From NCBI RefSeq assembly GCF_009914755.1, contig NC_060926.1: DNA of 64,000 nt. One strand, 5' to 3'. The notes under the pieces were generated by a model. That model was not told where the DNA came from, did not search any database, and was given only the letters and a program-made list of their open reading frames with translations. A program made the position numbers and the translations under genes. The first letter of the stretch is position 1; the number at the start of each line of letters is the position of its first letter. Source of the stretch: the human T2T-CHM13v2.0 reference genome, Homo sapiens. Below, piece by piece: positions 42,601 to 55,800 of the stretch.

Positions 42601-43662
42601 TTCGTTGGAAACGGGATTGTCTTCATATTAACCCTAGACAGTAGCATTCTCAGAAGCTTCATTGGGATATTTCAATTGAAGCCACAGTGTTGAACAGTCC
42701 CTTTCATAGAGCAGGTTTGAAACACTCTTTTTGTAGCATCTGGAAGTGGACATTTGGAGCGTTCTCAGGACTACGGTGCAAAAGGAAATATCTTCCAATA
42801 AAAGCTAGATAGAAGCAATATCAGAAACTTTTTCATGATGTATCTACTCAGCTAAAAGAGTTGAACCTTTCTTTTGAGAGAGCAGTTTTGAAACACTATT
42901 TTTGTGGAATCTGCAAGTGGATATTTGTCTAGTTTTGAGGATCGCGTTGGAAACGGGATTACATATAAAAAGCAGACAGCAGCATTCCCAGAAATTTCTT
43001 TGTGAAATTTGCATTCAAGTCACAGACTTGAACATTCCCTTTCATAGAGCAGGTTTGAAACACTCTTTTTGTAGTATCTGGATGTGGACATTTGGAGCGC
43101 TTTCAGGCCTATGGTGAAAAAGGAAATATCTTCCCCTGAAAACTAGACAGAAGCATTCTCAGAAACTTATTTGTGATGTGCTCCCTCAACTAACGGTGTT
43201 GAACCTTTCTTTTGAAAGAGCAGTTTTGAAACACTCTTTTTGTAAAATCTGCAATAGGATATTTGGATAGCTTTGAGGATTTCGTTGGAAACGGGATTGT
43301 CTTCATATAGAATCTAGACAGAAGCATTCTCAGAAGCTTCATTGGGATGTTTCAATTGAAGTCACAGTGTTGAACAGTCCCTTTCATAGAGCAGGTTTGA
43401 AACACTCTTTTTGTAGTATCTGGAGGTGGACATTTGGAGCGTTCTCAGGACTACAGTGGAAAAGGAAATATCTTCCAGTAAAAGCTAGATAGAAGCAATG
43501 TCAGAAAATTTTTCATGATGTATCTACTCAGCTAACAGAGTTGAACCTTTCTTTTGAGAGAGCAGTTTTGAAACACTCTTTTTGTGGAATCTGCAAGTGG
43601 ATATTTGTCTAGGTTTGAGGATTGCGTTTGAAACGGGATTACATATAAAAAGCAGACAGCAG

Positions 43663-43833
43663 CATTCCCAGAAACTTCTTTGTGATGTTTGCATTCAAGT
43701 CACAGAGTTGAACATTCCCTTTCATAGAGCAGGTTTGAAACACTCTTTTTGTAGTATCTGGAAGTGGACATTTGGAGCGCTCTCAGGACTACGGTGAAAA
43801 AGGAAATATCTTCCAATAAAAGCTAGATAGAAG
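43663..43833 (+). repeat. Hybrid monomer m1/m3 (mid-monomer crossover) giving a 338-bp 2-mer; also 48081-48251 and 52156-52326
   Basis: m1 head to AACATTCCC, then m3-type CTGGAAGTGG...CTCAGGACTACGG...CCAATAAAAGCTAG, followed by m4. Confidence 0.9.
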
Positions 43834-46800
43834 CAAAGTCAGAAACTTTTTAATGATCTATCTACTCAGCTAACAGAGTTGAACCTTTCTTTTGAGAGAG
43901 CAGTTTTGAAACACTCTTTTGGTGGAATCTGCAAGTGGATATTTGTCTAGCTTTGAGGATTTCGTTGGAAACGGGATTACATATAAAAAGCAGACAGCAG
44001 CATTCCCAGAAACTTCTTTGTGATGTTTGCATTCAAGTCACAGAGTTGAACATTCCCTTTCATAGAGCAGGTTGGAAACACTCTTTTTGTAGTATCTGGA
44101 TGTGGACATTTGGAGCGCTTTCAGGCCTATGGTGAAAAAGGAAATATCTTCCCCTGAAAACTAGACAGAAGCATTCTCAGAATCTTATTTGTGATGTGCG
44201 GACTCAACTAACAGTGTTGAAGCTTTCTTTTGATAGAGCAGTTTTGAAACACTCTTTTTGTAAAATCTGCAAGAGGATATTTGGATAGCTTGGAGGATTT
44301 CGTTGGAAACGGGATTGTCTTCATATTAACCCTAGACAGTTGCATTCTCAGAAGCTTCATTGGGATGTTTCAATTGAAGTCACAGTGTTGAACAGTCCCT
44401 TTCATAGAGCAGGTTTGAAACACTCTTTTTGTAGCATCTGGAAGTGGACATTTGGAGCGTTCTCAGGACTACGGTGAAAAAGGAAATATCTTCCAATAAA
44501 AGCTAGATAGAAGCAATGTCAGAAACTTTTTCATGATGTATCTACTCAGCTAAAAGAGTTGAACCTTTCTTTTGAGAGAGCAGTTTTGAAACACTATTTT
44601 TGTGGAATCTGCAAGTGGATATTTGTCTAGCTTTGAGGATTTCGTTGGAAACGGGATTACATATAAAAAGCAGACAGCAGCATTCCCAGAAAGTTCTTTG
44701 TGAAATTTGCATTCAAGTCACAGACTTGAACATTCCCTTTCACAGAGCAGGTTTGAAACACTCTTTTTGTAGTATCTGGATGCGGACATTTGGAGCGCTT
44801 TCAGGCCTATGGTGAAAAAGGAAATATCTTCCCCTGAAAACAAGACAGAAGCATTCTCAGAATCTTATTTGTGATGTGCGCCCTCAACTAACAGTGTTGA
44901 AGCTTTCTTTTGATAGAGCAGTTTTGAAACACTCTTTTTGTAAAATCTGCAAGAGGATATTTGGATAGCTTTGAGGATTTCGTTGGAAACGGGATTGTCT
45001 TCATATAGAATCTAGACAGAAGCATTCTCAGAAGCTTCATTGGGATGTTTCAATTGAAGTCACAGTGTTGAACAGTCCCTTTCATAGAGCAGGTTTGAAA
45101 CACTCTTTTTGTAGCATCTGGAAGTGGACATTTGGAGCGTTCTCAGGACTACGGTGAAAAAGGAAATATCTTCCAATAAAAGCTAGATAGAAGCAATATC
45201 ATAAACTTTTTCATGATGTATCTACTCAGCTAAAAGAGTTGAACCTTTCTTTTGAGAGAGCAGTTTTCAAACACTCTTTTTGTGGAATCTGCAAGTGGAT
45301 ATTTGTCTGGCTTTGAAGATTTCGTTGGAAACGGGATTACATATAAAAAGCAGACAGCAGCATTCCCAGAAAGTTCTTTGTGAAATTTGCATTCAAGTCA
45401 CAGACTTGAACATTCCCTTTCATAGAGGAGGTTTGAAACACTCTTTTTGTAGTATCTGGATGTGGACATTTGAAGCGCTTTCAGGCCTATGGTGAAAAAG
45501 GAAATATCTTCCCCTGAAAACTAGAGAGAAGCATTCTCAGAATCTTATTTGTGATGTGCGCCCTCAACTAACAGTGTTGAACCTTTCTTTTGATAGAGCA
45601 GTTTTGAAACACTCTTTTTGTAAAATCTGCAAGAGGATATTTGGATAGCTTTGAGGATTTCGTTGGAAACGGGATTGTCTTCATATAGAATCTAGACAGA
45701 AGCATTCTCAGAAGCTTCATTGGGATGTTTCAATTGAAGTCACAGTGTTGAACAGTCCCTTTCATAGAGCAGGTTTGAAACACTCTTTTTGTAGTATCTG
45801 GAAGTGGACATTTGGAGCGTTCTCAGGACTACGGTGAAAAAGGAAATATCTTCCAATAAAAGCTAGATAGAAGCAATATCATAAACTTTTTCGTGATGTA
45901 TCTACTCAGCTAAAAGAGTTGAACCTTTCTTTTGAGAGAGCAGTTTTCAAACACTGTTTTTGTGGAATCTGCAAGTGGATATTTGTCTGGCTTTGAGGAT
46001 TTCGTTGGAAACGGGATTACATATAAAAAGCAGACAGCAGCTTTCCCAGAAAGTACTTTGTGAAATTTGCATTCAAGTCACAGACTTGAACATTCCCTTT
46101 CATAGAGCAGGTTTGAAACACTCTTTTTGTAGTATCTGGATGTGGACATTTGGAGCGCTTTCAGGCCTATGGTGAAAAAGGAAATATCTTCCCCTGAAAA
46201 CTAGACAGAAGCATTCTCAGAATCTTATTTGTGATGTGCGCCCTCAACTAACAGTGTTGAACCTTTCTTTTGATAGAGCAGTTTTGAAACACTCTTTTTG
46301 TAAAATCTGCAAGAGGATATTTGGATAGCTTTGAGGATTTCGTTGGAAACGGGATTGTCTTCATATAAACTCTAGACAGAAGCATTCTCAGAAGCTTCAT
46401 TGGGATGTTTCAATTGAAGTCACAGTGTTGAACAGTCCCTTTCATAGAGCAGGTTTGAAACACTCTTTTTGTAGTATCTGGAAGTGGACATTTGGAGCGC
46501 TCTCAGGACTACGGTGAAAAAGGAAATATCTTCCAATAAAAGCCAGATAGAAGCAATGTCAGAAACATTTTCATGATGTATCTACTCAGCTAACAGAGTT
46601 GAACCTTTCTTTCGAGAGAGCAGTTTTGAAACACTCTTTTTGTGGAATCTGCAAGTGGATATTTGTCTAGCTTTGAGGATTTCGTTGGAAACGGGATTAC
46701 ATATAAAAAGCAGACAGCAGCATTCCCAGAAACTTCTTTGTGATGTTTGCATTCAAGTCACAGAGTTGAACATTCCCTTTCATAGAGCAGGTTTGAAACA

Positions 46801-49800
46801 CTCTTTTTGTAGTATCTGGATGTGGACATTTGGTGCGCTTTCAGGTCTATGGTGAAAAAGGAAATATCTTCCCCTGAAAACTAGACAGAAGCATTCTCAG
46901 AATCTTATTTGTGATGTGCACCCTCAACTAACAGTGTTGAACCTTTCTTTTGATAGAGCAGTTTTGAAACACTCTTTTTGTAAAATCTGCAAGAGGATAT
47001 TTGGTTAGCTTTGAGGATTTCGTTGGAAACGGGATTGTCTTCATATAAAATCTAGACAGAAGCATTCTCAGAAGCTTCATTGGGATGTTTCAATTGATGT
47101 CACAGAGTTGAACATTCCATTTCATAGAGCAGGTTTGAAACACTCTTTTTGTAGTATCTGGAAATGGACATTTGGAGCGCTCTCAGGACTACGGTGAAAA
47201 AGGAAATATCTTCCAATAAAAGCTAGATAGAAGCAATGTCAGAAACATTTTCATGATGTATCTACTCAGCTAACAGAGTTGAACCTTTCTTTTGAGAGAG
47301 CAGTTTTGAAACACTCTTTTTGTGGAATCTGCAAGTGGATATTTGTCTAGCTTTGGGGATTTCGTTGGAAACGGGATTACATATAAAAAGCAGACAGCAG
47401 CATTCCCAGAAACTTCTTTGTGATGTTTGCATTCAAGTCACAGAGTTGAACATTCCCTTTCATAGAGCAGGTTTGAAACACTCTTTTTGTAGTATCTGAA
47501 TGTGGACATTTGGAGCGCTTTCAGGCCTATGGTGAAAAAGGAAATATCTTCCCCTGAAAACTAGACAGAAGCATTCTCAGAATCTTATTTGTGATGTGCG
47601 CCCTCAACTAACAGTGTTGAAGCTTTCTTTTGATAGAGCAGTTTTTAAACACTCTTTTTGTAAAATCTGCAAGAGGATATTTGGATAGCTTTGAGGATTT
47701 CGTTGGAAACGGGATTGTCTTCATATTAACCCTAGACAGTAGGATTCTCAGAAGCTTCATTGGGATGTTTCAATTGAAGTCACAGTGTTGAACAGTCCCT
47801 TTCATAGAGCAGGTTTGAAACACTCTTTTTGTAGTATCTGGAAGTGGACTTGTGGAGCGTTCTCAGGACTACAGTGAAAAAGGAAATATCTTCCAATAAA
47901 AGCTAGATAGAAGCAATGTCAGAAAATTTTTCATGATGTATCTACTCAGCTAACAGAGTTGAACCTTTCTTTTGAGAGAGCAGTTTTGAAACACTCTTTT
48001 GGTGGAATCTGCAAGTGGATATTTGTCTAGCTTTGAGGATATCGTTGGAAACGGGATTACATATAAAAAGCAGACAGCAGCATTCCCAGAAACTTCTTTG
48101 TGATGTTTGCATTCAAGTCACAGAGTTGAACATTCCCTTTCATAGAGCAGGTTTGAAACACTCTTTTTGTAGTATCTGGAAGTGGACATTTGGAGCGCTC
48201 TCAGGACTACGGTGAAAAAGGAAATATCTTCCAATAAAAGCTAGATAGAAGCAATGTCAGAAACATTTTCATGATGTATCTACTCAGCTAACAGAGTTGA
48301 ACCTTTCTTTTGAGAGAGCAGTTTTGAAACACTGTTTTTGTGGAATCTGCAAGTGGATATTTGTCTAGCTTTGAGGATTTCGTTGGAAACGGGATTACAT
48401 ATAAAAAGCAGACAGCAGCATTCCCAGAAACTTCTTTGTGATGTTTGCATTCAAGTCACAGAGTTGAACATTCCCTTTCATAGAGCAGGTTTGAAACACT
48501 CTTTTTGTAGTATCTGGATGTGGACATTTGGAGCGCTTTCAGGCCTATGGTGAAAAAGGAAATATCTTCCCCTGAAAACTAGACAGAAGCATTCTCAGAA
48601 ACTTATTTGTGATGTGCGCCCTCAACTAACAGTGTTGAAGCTTTCTTTTGATAGAGCAGTTTTGAAACACTCTTTTTGTAAAATCTGCAAGGGGATATTT
48701 GGATAGCTTTGAGGATTTCGTTGGAAACGGGATTGTCTTCATATAAGCTCTAGACAGAAGCATTCTCAGAAGCTTCATTGGGATGTTTCAATTGAAGTCA
48801 CAGTGTTGAACAGTCCCTTTCATAGAGCAGGTTTGAAACACTCTTTGTGTAGTATCTGGAAGTGGACATTTGGAGCGCTCTCAGGACTGTGGTGAAAAAG
48901 GAAATATCTTCCAATAAAAGCTAGATAGAAGCAATGTCAGAAACTTTTTCATGATGTATCTACTCAGCTAACAGAGTTGAACCTTCCTTTGAGAGAGCAG
49001 TTTTGAAACACTCTTTTTGTGGAATCTGCAAGTGGATATTTGTCTAGCTTTGAGGATTTCGTTGGAAACGGGATTACATATAAAAAGCAGACAGCAGCAT
49101 TCCCAGAAACTTCTTTGTGATGTTTGCATTCAAGTCACAGAGTTGAACATTCCCTTTCATAGAGCAGGTTTGAAACACTCTTTTTGTAGTATCTGGATGT
49201 GGACATTTGGAGCGCTTTCGGGCCTATGGTGAAAAAGGAAATATCTTCCCCTGAAAACTAGACAGAAGCATTCTCAGAAACTTATTTGTGATGTGCGCCC
49301 TCAACTAACAGTGTTAAACCTTTCTTTTGATAGAGTAGTTTTGAAACACTGTTTGTGTAAAATCTGCAAGAGGATATTTGGATAGCTTTGAGGATTTCGT
49401 TGGAAACGGGATTGTCTTCATATAAACTCTAGACAGAAGCATTCTCAGAAGCTTCATTGGGATGTTTCAATTGAAGTCACAGTGTTGAACAGTCCCTTTC
49501 ATAGAGCAGGTTTGAAACACTCTTTTTGTAGTATCTGGAAGTGGACATTTTGAGCGCTCTCAGGACTACGGTGAAAAAGGTAATATCTTCCAATAAAAGC
49601 TAGATAGAAGCAATGTCAGAAACTTTTTCATGATGTATCTACTCAGCTAACAGAGTTGAACCTTTCTTTTGAGAGAGCAGTTTTGAAACACTCTTTTTGT
49701 GGAATCTGCAAGTGGATATTTGTCTAGCTTTGAGGATTTCGTTGAAAACGGGATTACATATAAAAAGCAGACAGCAGCATTCCCAGAAACTTCTTTGTGA

Positions 49801-52800
49801 TGTTTGCATTCAAGTCACAGAGTTGAACATTCCCTTTCATAGAGCAGGTTTGAAACACTCTTTTTGTAGTATCTGGATGTGGACATTTGGAGCGCTTTCA
49901 GGTCTATGGTGAAAAAGGAAATATCTTCCCCTGAAAACTAGACAGAAGCATTCTCAGAATCTTATTTGTGATGTGCACCCTCAACTAACAGTGTTGAACC
50001 TTTCTTTTGATAGAGCAGTTTTGAAACACTCTTTTTGTAAAATCTGCAAGAGGATATTTGGTTAGCTTTGAGGATTTCGTTGGAAACGGGATTGTCTTCA
50101 TATAAAATCTAGACAGAAGCATTCTCAGAAGCTACATTGGGATGTTTCAATTGATGTCACAGAGTTGAACATTCCATTTCATAGAGCAGGTTTGAAACAC
50201 TCTTTTTGTAGTATCTGGAAATGGACATTTGGAGCGCTCTCAGGACTACGGTGAAAAAGGAAATATCTTCCAATAAAAGCTAGATAGAAGCAATGTCAGA
50301 AACATTTTCATGATGTATCTACTCAGCTAACAGAGTTGAACCTTTCTTTTGAGAGAGCAGTTTTGAAACACTCTTTTTGTGGAATCTGCAAGTGGATATT
50401 TGTCTAGCTTTGGGGATTTCGTTGGAAACGGGATTACATATAAATAGCAGACAGCAGCATTCCCAGAAACTTCTTTGTGATGTTTGCATTCAAGTCACAG
50501 AGTTGAACATTCCCTTTCATAGAGCAGGTTTGAAACACTCTTTTTGTAGTATCTGAATGTGGACATTTGGAGCGCTTTCAGGCCTATGGTGAAAAAGGAA
50601 ATATCTTCCCCTGAAAACTAGACAGAAGCATTCTCAGAATCTTATTTGTGATGTGCGCCCTCAACTAACAGTGTTGAACCTTTCTTTTGATACAGCAGTT
50701 TTGAAACACTCTTTTTGTAAAATCTGCAAGAGGATATTTGGATAGCTTTGAGGATTTCGTTGGAAACGGGATTACATATAAAAAGCAGACAGCAGCATTC
50801 CCAGAAAGTTCTTTGTGAAATTTGCATTCAAGTCACAGACTTGAACATTCCCTTTCATAGAGCAGGTTTGAAACACTCTTTTTGTATTATCTGGATGCGG
50901 ACATTTGGAGCGCTTTCAGGCCTATGGTGAAAAAGGAAATATCTTCCCCTGAAAACTAGACAGAAGCATTCTCAGAATCTTATTTGTGATGTGCGCCCTG
51001 AACTAACAGTGTTGAAGCTTTCTTTTGATAGAGCAGTTTTGAAACACTCTTTTTGTAAAATCTGCAAGAGGATATTTGGATAGCTTTGAGGATTTCGTTG
51101 GAAACGGGATTGTCTTCATACAGAATCTAGACAAAAGCATTCTCAGAAGCTTCATTGGGATGTTTCAATTGAAGTCACAGTGTTGAACAGTCCCTTTCAT
51201 AGAGCAGGTTTGAAACACTCTTTTTGTAGTATCTGGACGTGGACATTTGGAGCGCTCTCAGGACTACGGTGAAAAAGGAAATATCTTCCAATAAAAGCTA
51301 GATAGAAGCAATGTCAGAAACTTTTTCATGATGTATCTACTCAGCTAACAGAGTTGAACCTTTGTTTTGAGAGAGCCGTTTTGAAACACTCTTTTTGTGG
51401 AATCTGCAAGTGGATATTTGTCTAGCTTTGAAGATTTCGTTGGAAACGGGATTACGTATAAAAAGCAGACAGCAACATTCACAGAAACTTCTTTGTGATG
51501 TTTGCATTCAAGTCACAGAGTTGAACATTCCCTTTCATAGAGCAGGATTGAAACACTCTTTTTGTAGTATCTGGATGTGGACATTTGGAGCGCTTTCAGG
51601 CCTATGGTGAAAAAGAAAATATCTTCCCCTGAAAACTAGACAGAAGCATTCTCAGAATCTTATTTGTGATGCGCGCCCTCAACTAACAGTGTTGAAGCTT
51701 TCTTTTGATAGAGCAGTTTTGAAACACTCTTTTTGTAAAATCTGCAAGAGGATATTTGGATAGCTTTGAGGATTTCGTTGGAAACGGGATTGTCTTCATT
51801 TTAACCCTAGACAGTCGCATTCTCAGAAGCTTCATTGGGATGTTTCAATTGAAGTCACAGTGTTGAACAGTCCCTTTCATAGAGCAGGTTTGAAACACTC
51901 TTTTTGTAGTATCTGGAAGTGGACTTGTGGAGCGTTCTCAGGACTACAGTGAAAAAGGAAATATCTTCCAATAAAAGCTAGATAGAAGCAATGTCAGAAA
52001 ATTTTTCATGATGTATCTACTCAGCTAACAGAGTTGAACCTTTCTTTTGAGAGAGCAGTTTTGAAACACTCTTTTGGTGGAATCTGCAAGTGGATATTTG
52101 TCTAGCTTTGAGGATATCGTTGGAAACGGGATTACATATAAAAAGCAGACAGCAGCATTCCCAGAAACTTCTTTGTGATGTTTGCATTCAAGTCACAGAG
52201 TTGAACATTCCCTTTCATAGAGCAGGTTTGAAACACTCTTTTTGTAGTATCTGGAAGTGGACATTTGGAGCGCTCTCAGGACTACGGTGAAAAAGGAAAT
52301 ATCTTCCAATAAAAGCTAGATAGAAGCAATGTCAGAAACATTTTCATGATGTATCTACTCAGCTAACAGAGTTGAACCTTTCTTTTGAGAGAGCAGTTTT
52401 GAAACACTGTTTTTGTGGAATCTGCAAGTGGATATTTGTCTAGCTTTGAGGATTTCGTTGGAAACGGGATTACATATAAAAAGCAGACAGCAGCATTCCC
52501 AGAAACTTCTTTGTGATGTTTGCATTCAAGTCACAGAGTTGAACATTCCCTTTCATAGAGCAGGTTGGAAACACTCTTTTTGTAGTATCTGGATGTGGAC
52601 ATTTGGAGCGCTTTCAGGCCTATGGTGAAAAAGGAAATATCTTCCCCTGAAAACTAGACAGAAGCATTCTCAGAATCTTATTTGTGATGTGCGCCCTCAA
52701 CTAACAGTGTTGAAGCTTTCTTTTGATAGAGCAGTTTTGAAACACTCTTTTTGTAAAATCTGCAAGAGGATATTTGGATAGCTTTGAGGATTTCGTTGGA

Positions 52801-55800
52801 AACGGGATTGTCTTCATATAAACTCTAGACAGAAGCATTCTCAGAAGCTTCATTGGGATGTTTCAATTGAAGTCACAGTGTTGAACAGTCCCTTTCATAG
52901 AGCAGGTTTGAAACACTCTTTTTGTAGTATCTGGAAGTGGACATTTGGAGTTCTCTCAGGACTGCGGTGAAAAAGGAAATATCTTCCAATAAAAGCTAGA
53001 TAGAAGCAATGTCAGAAACTTTTTCATGATGTATCTACTCAGCTAACAGAGTAGAACCTTCCTTTGAGAGAGCAGTTTTGAAACACTCTTTTTGTGGAAT
53101 CTGCAAGTGGATATTTGTCTAGCTTTGAGGATTTCGTTGGAAACGGGATTACATATAAAAAGCAGACAGCAGCATTCCCAGAAACTTCTTTGTGATGTTT
53201 GCATTCAAGTCACAGAGTTGAACATTCCCTTTCATAGAGCAGGTTTGAAACACTCTTTTTGTAGTATCTGGATGTGGACATTTGGAGCGCTTTCAGGCCT
53301 ATGGTGAAAAAGGAAATATCTTCCCCTGAAAACTAGACAGAAGCATTCTCAGAAACTTATTTGTGATGTGCGCCCTCAACTAACAGTGTTGAAGCTTTCT
53401 TTTGATAGAGCAGTTTTGAAACACTCTTTTTGTAAAATCTGCAAGAGGATATTTGGATAGCTTTGAGGATTTCGTTGGAAACGGGATTGTCTTCATATAA
53501 ACTCTAGACAGAAGCATTCTCAGAAGCTTCATTGGGATGTTTCAATTGAAGTCACAGTGTTGAACAGTCCCTTTCATAGAGCAGGTTTGAAACACTCTTT
53601 GTGTAGTATATGGAAGTGGACATTTGGAGCGCTCTCAGGACTGTGGTGAAAAAGGAAATATCTTCCAATAAAAGCTAGATAGAAGCAATGTCAGAAACTT
53701 TTTCATGATGTATCTACTCAGCTAACAGAGTTGAACCTTCCTTTGAGAGAGCAGTTTTGAAACACTCTTTTTGTGGAATCTGCAAGTGGATATTTGTCTA
53801 GCTTTGAGGATTTCGTTGGAATCGGGATTACATATAAAAAGCAGACAGCAGCATTCCCAGAAACTTCTTTGTGATGTTTGCATTCAAGTCACAGAGTTGA
53901 ACATTCCCTTTCATAGAGCAGGTTTGAAACACTCTTTTTGTAGTATCTGGATGTGGACATTTGGAGCGCTTTCGGGCCTATGGTGAAAAAGGAAATATCT
54001 TCCCCTGAAAACTAGACAGAAGCATTCTCAGAAACTTATTTGTGATGTGCGCCCTCAACTAACAGTGTTAAACCTTTCTTTTGATAGAGTAGTTTTGAAA
54101 CACTGTTTGTGTAAAATCTGCAAGAGGATATTTGGATAGCTTTGAGGATTTCGTTGGAAACGGGATTGTCTTCATATAAAATCTAGACAGAAGCATTCTC
54201 AGAAGCTTCATTGGGATGTTTCAATTGAAGTCACAGTGTTGAACAGTCCCTTTCATATAGCAGGTTTGAAACACTCTTTTTGTAGTATCTGGAAGTGGAC
54301 ATTTTGAGCGCTCTCAGGACTACGGTGAAAAAGGAAATATCTTCCAATAAAAGCTAGATAGAAGCAATGTCAGAAACTTTTTCATGATGTATCTACTCAG
54401 CTAACAGAGTTGAACCTTTCTTTTGAGAGAGCAGTTTTGAAACACTCTTTTTGTGGAATCTGCAAGTGGATATTTGTCTAGCTTTGAGGATTTCGTTGAA
54501 AACGGGATTACATATAAAAAGCAGACAGCAGCATTCCCAGAAACTTCTTTGTGATGTTTGCATTCAAGTCACAGAGTTGAACATTCCCTTTCATAGAGCA
54601 GGTTTGAAACACTCTTTTTGTAGTATCTGGATGTGGACATTTGGAGCTCTTTCAGGCCTATGGTGAAAAAGGAAATATCTTCCCCTGAAAACTAGACAGA
54701 AGCATTCTCAGAATCTTATTTGTGATGTGCGCCCTCAACTAACAGTGTTGAAGCTTTTTTTTGATAGAGCAGTTTTGAAACACTCTTTTTGTAAAATTTG
54801 TAAGAGGATATTAGGATAGCTTTGAGGATTTCGTTGGAAACGGGATTGTCTTCATATAAACTCTAGACAGAAGCATTCTCAGAAGCTTCATTGGGATGTT
54901 TCAATTGAAGTCACAGTGTTGAACAGTCCCTTTCATAGAGCAGGTTTGAAACACTCTTTTTGTAGTATCTGGAAGTGGACATTTGGAGCGCTCTCAGGAC
55001 TACGGTGAAAAAGAAAATATCTTCCAATAAAAGCTAGATAGAAGCAATGTCAGAAACATTTTCATGATGTATCTACTCAGCTAACAGAGTTGAACCTTTC
55101 TTTTGAGAGAGCAGTTTTGAAACACTCTTTTGGTGGAATCTGCAAGTGGATATTTGTCTAGCTTTGAGGATTTCGTTGGAAACGGGATTACATATAAAAA
55201 GCAGACAGCAGCATTCCCAGAAACTTCTTTGTGATGTTTGCATTCAAGTCACAGAGTTGAACATTCCCTTTCATAGAGCAGGTTGGAAACACTCTTTTTG
55301 TAGTATCTGGATGTGGACATTTGGAGCGCTTTCAGGCCTATGGTGAAAAAGGAAATATCTTCCCCTGAAAACTAGACAGAAGCATTCTCAGAATCTTATT
55401 TGTGATGTGCGCCCTCAACTAACAGTGTTGAAGCTTTCTTTTGATAGAGCAGTTTTGAAACACTCTTTTTGTAAAATCTGCAAGAGGATATTTGGATAGC
55501 TTTGAGGATTTCGTTGGAAACGGGATTGTCTTCATATAAACTCTAGACAGAAGCATTCTCAGAAGCTTCATTGGGATGTTTCAATTGAAGTCACAGTGTT
55601 GAACAGTCCCTTTCATAGAGCAGGTTTGAAACACTCTTTTTGTAGTATCTGGAAGTGGACATTTGGAGCGCTCTCAGGACTACGGTGAAAAAGGAAATAT
55701 CTTCCAATAAAAGCCAGATAGAAGCAATGTCAGAAACATTTTCATGATGTATCTACTCAGCTAACAGAGTTGAACCTTTCTTTCGAGAGAGCAGTTTTGA

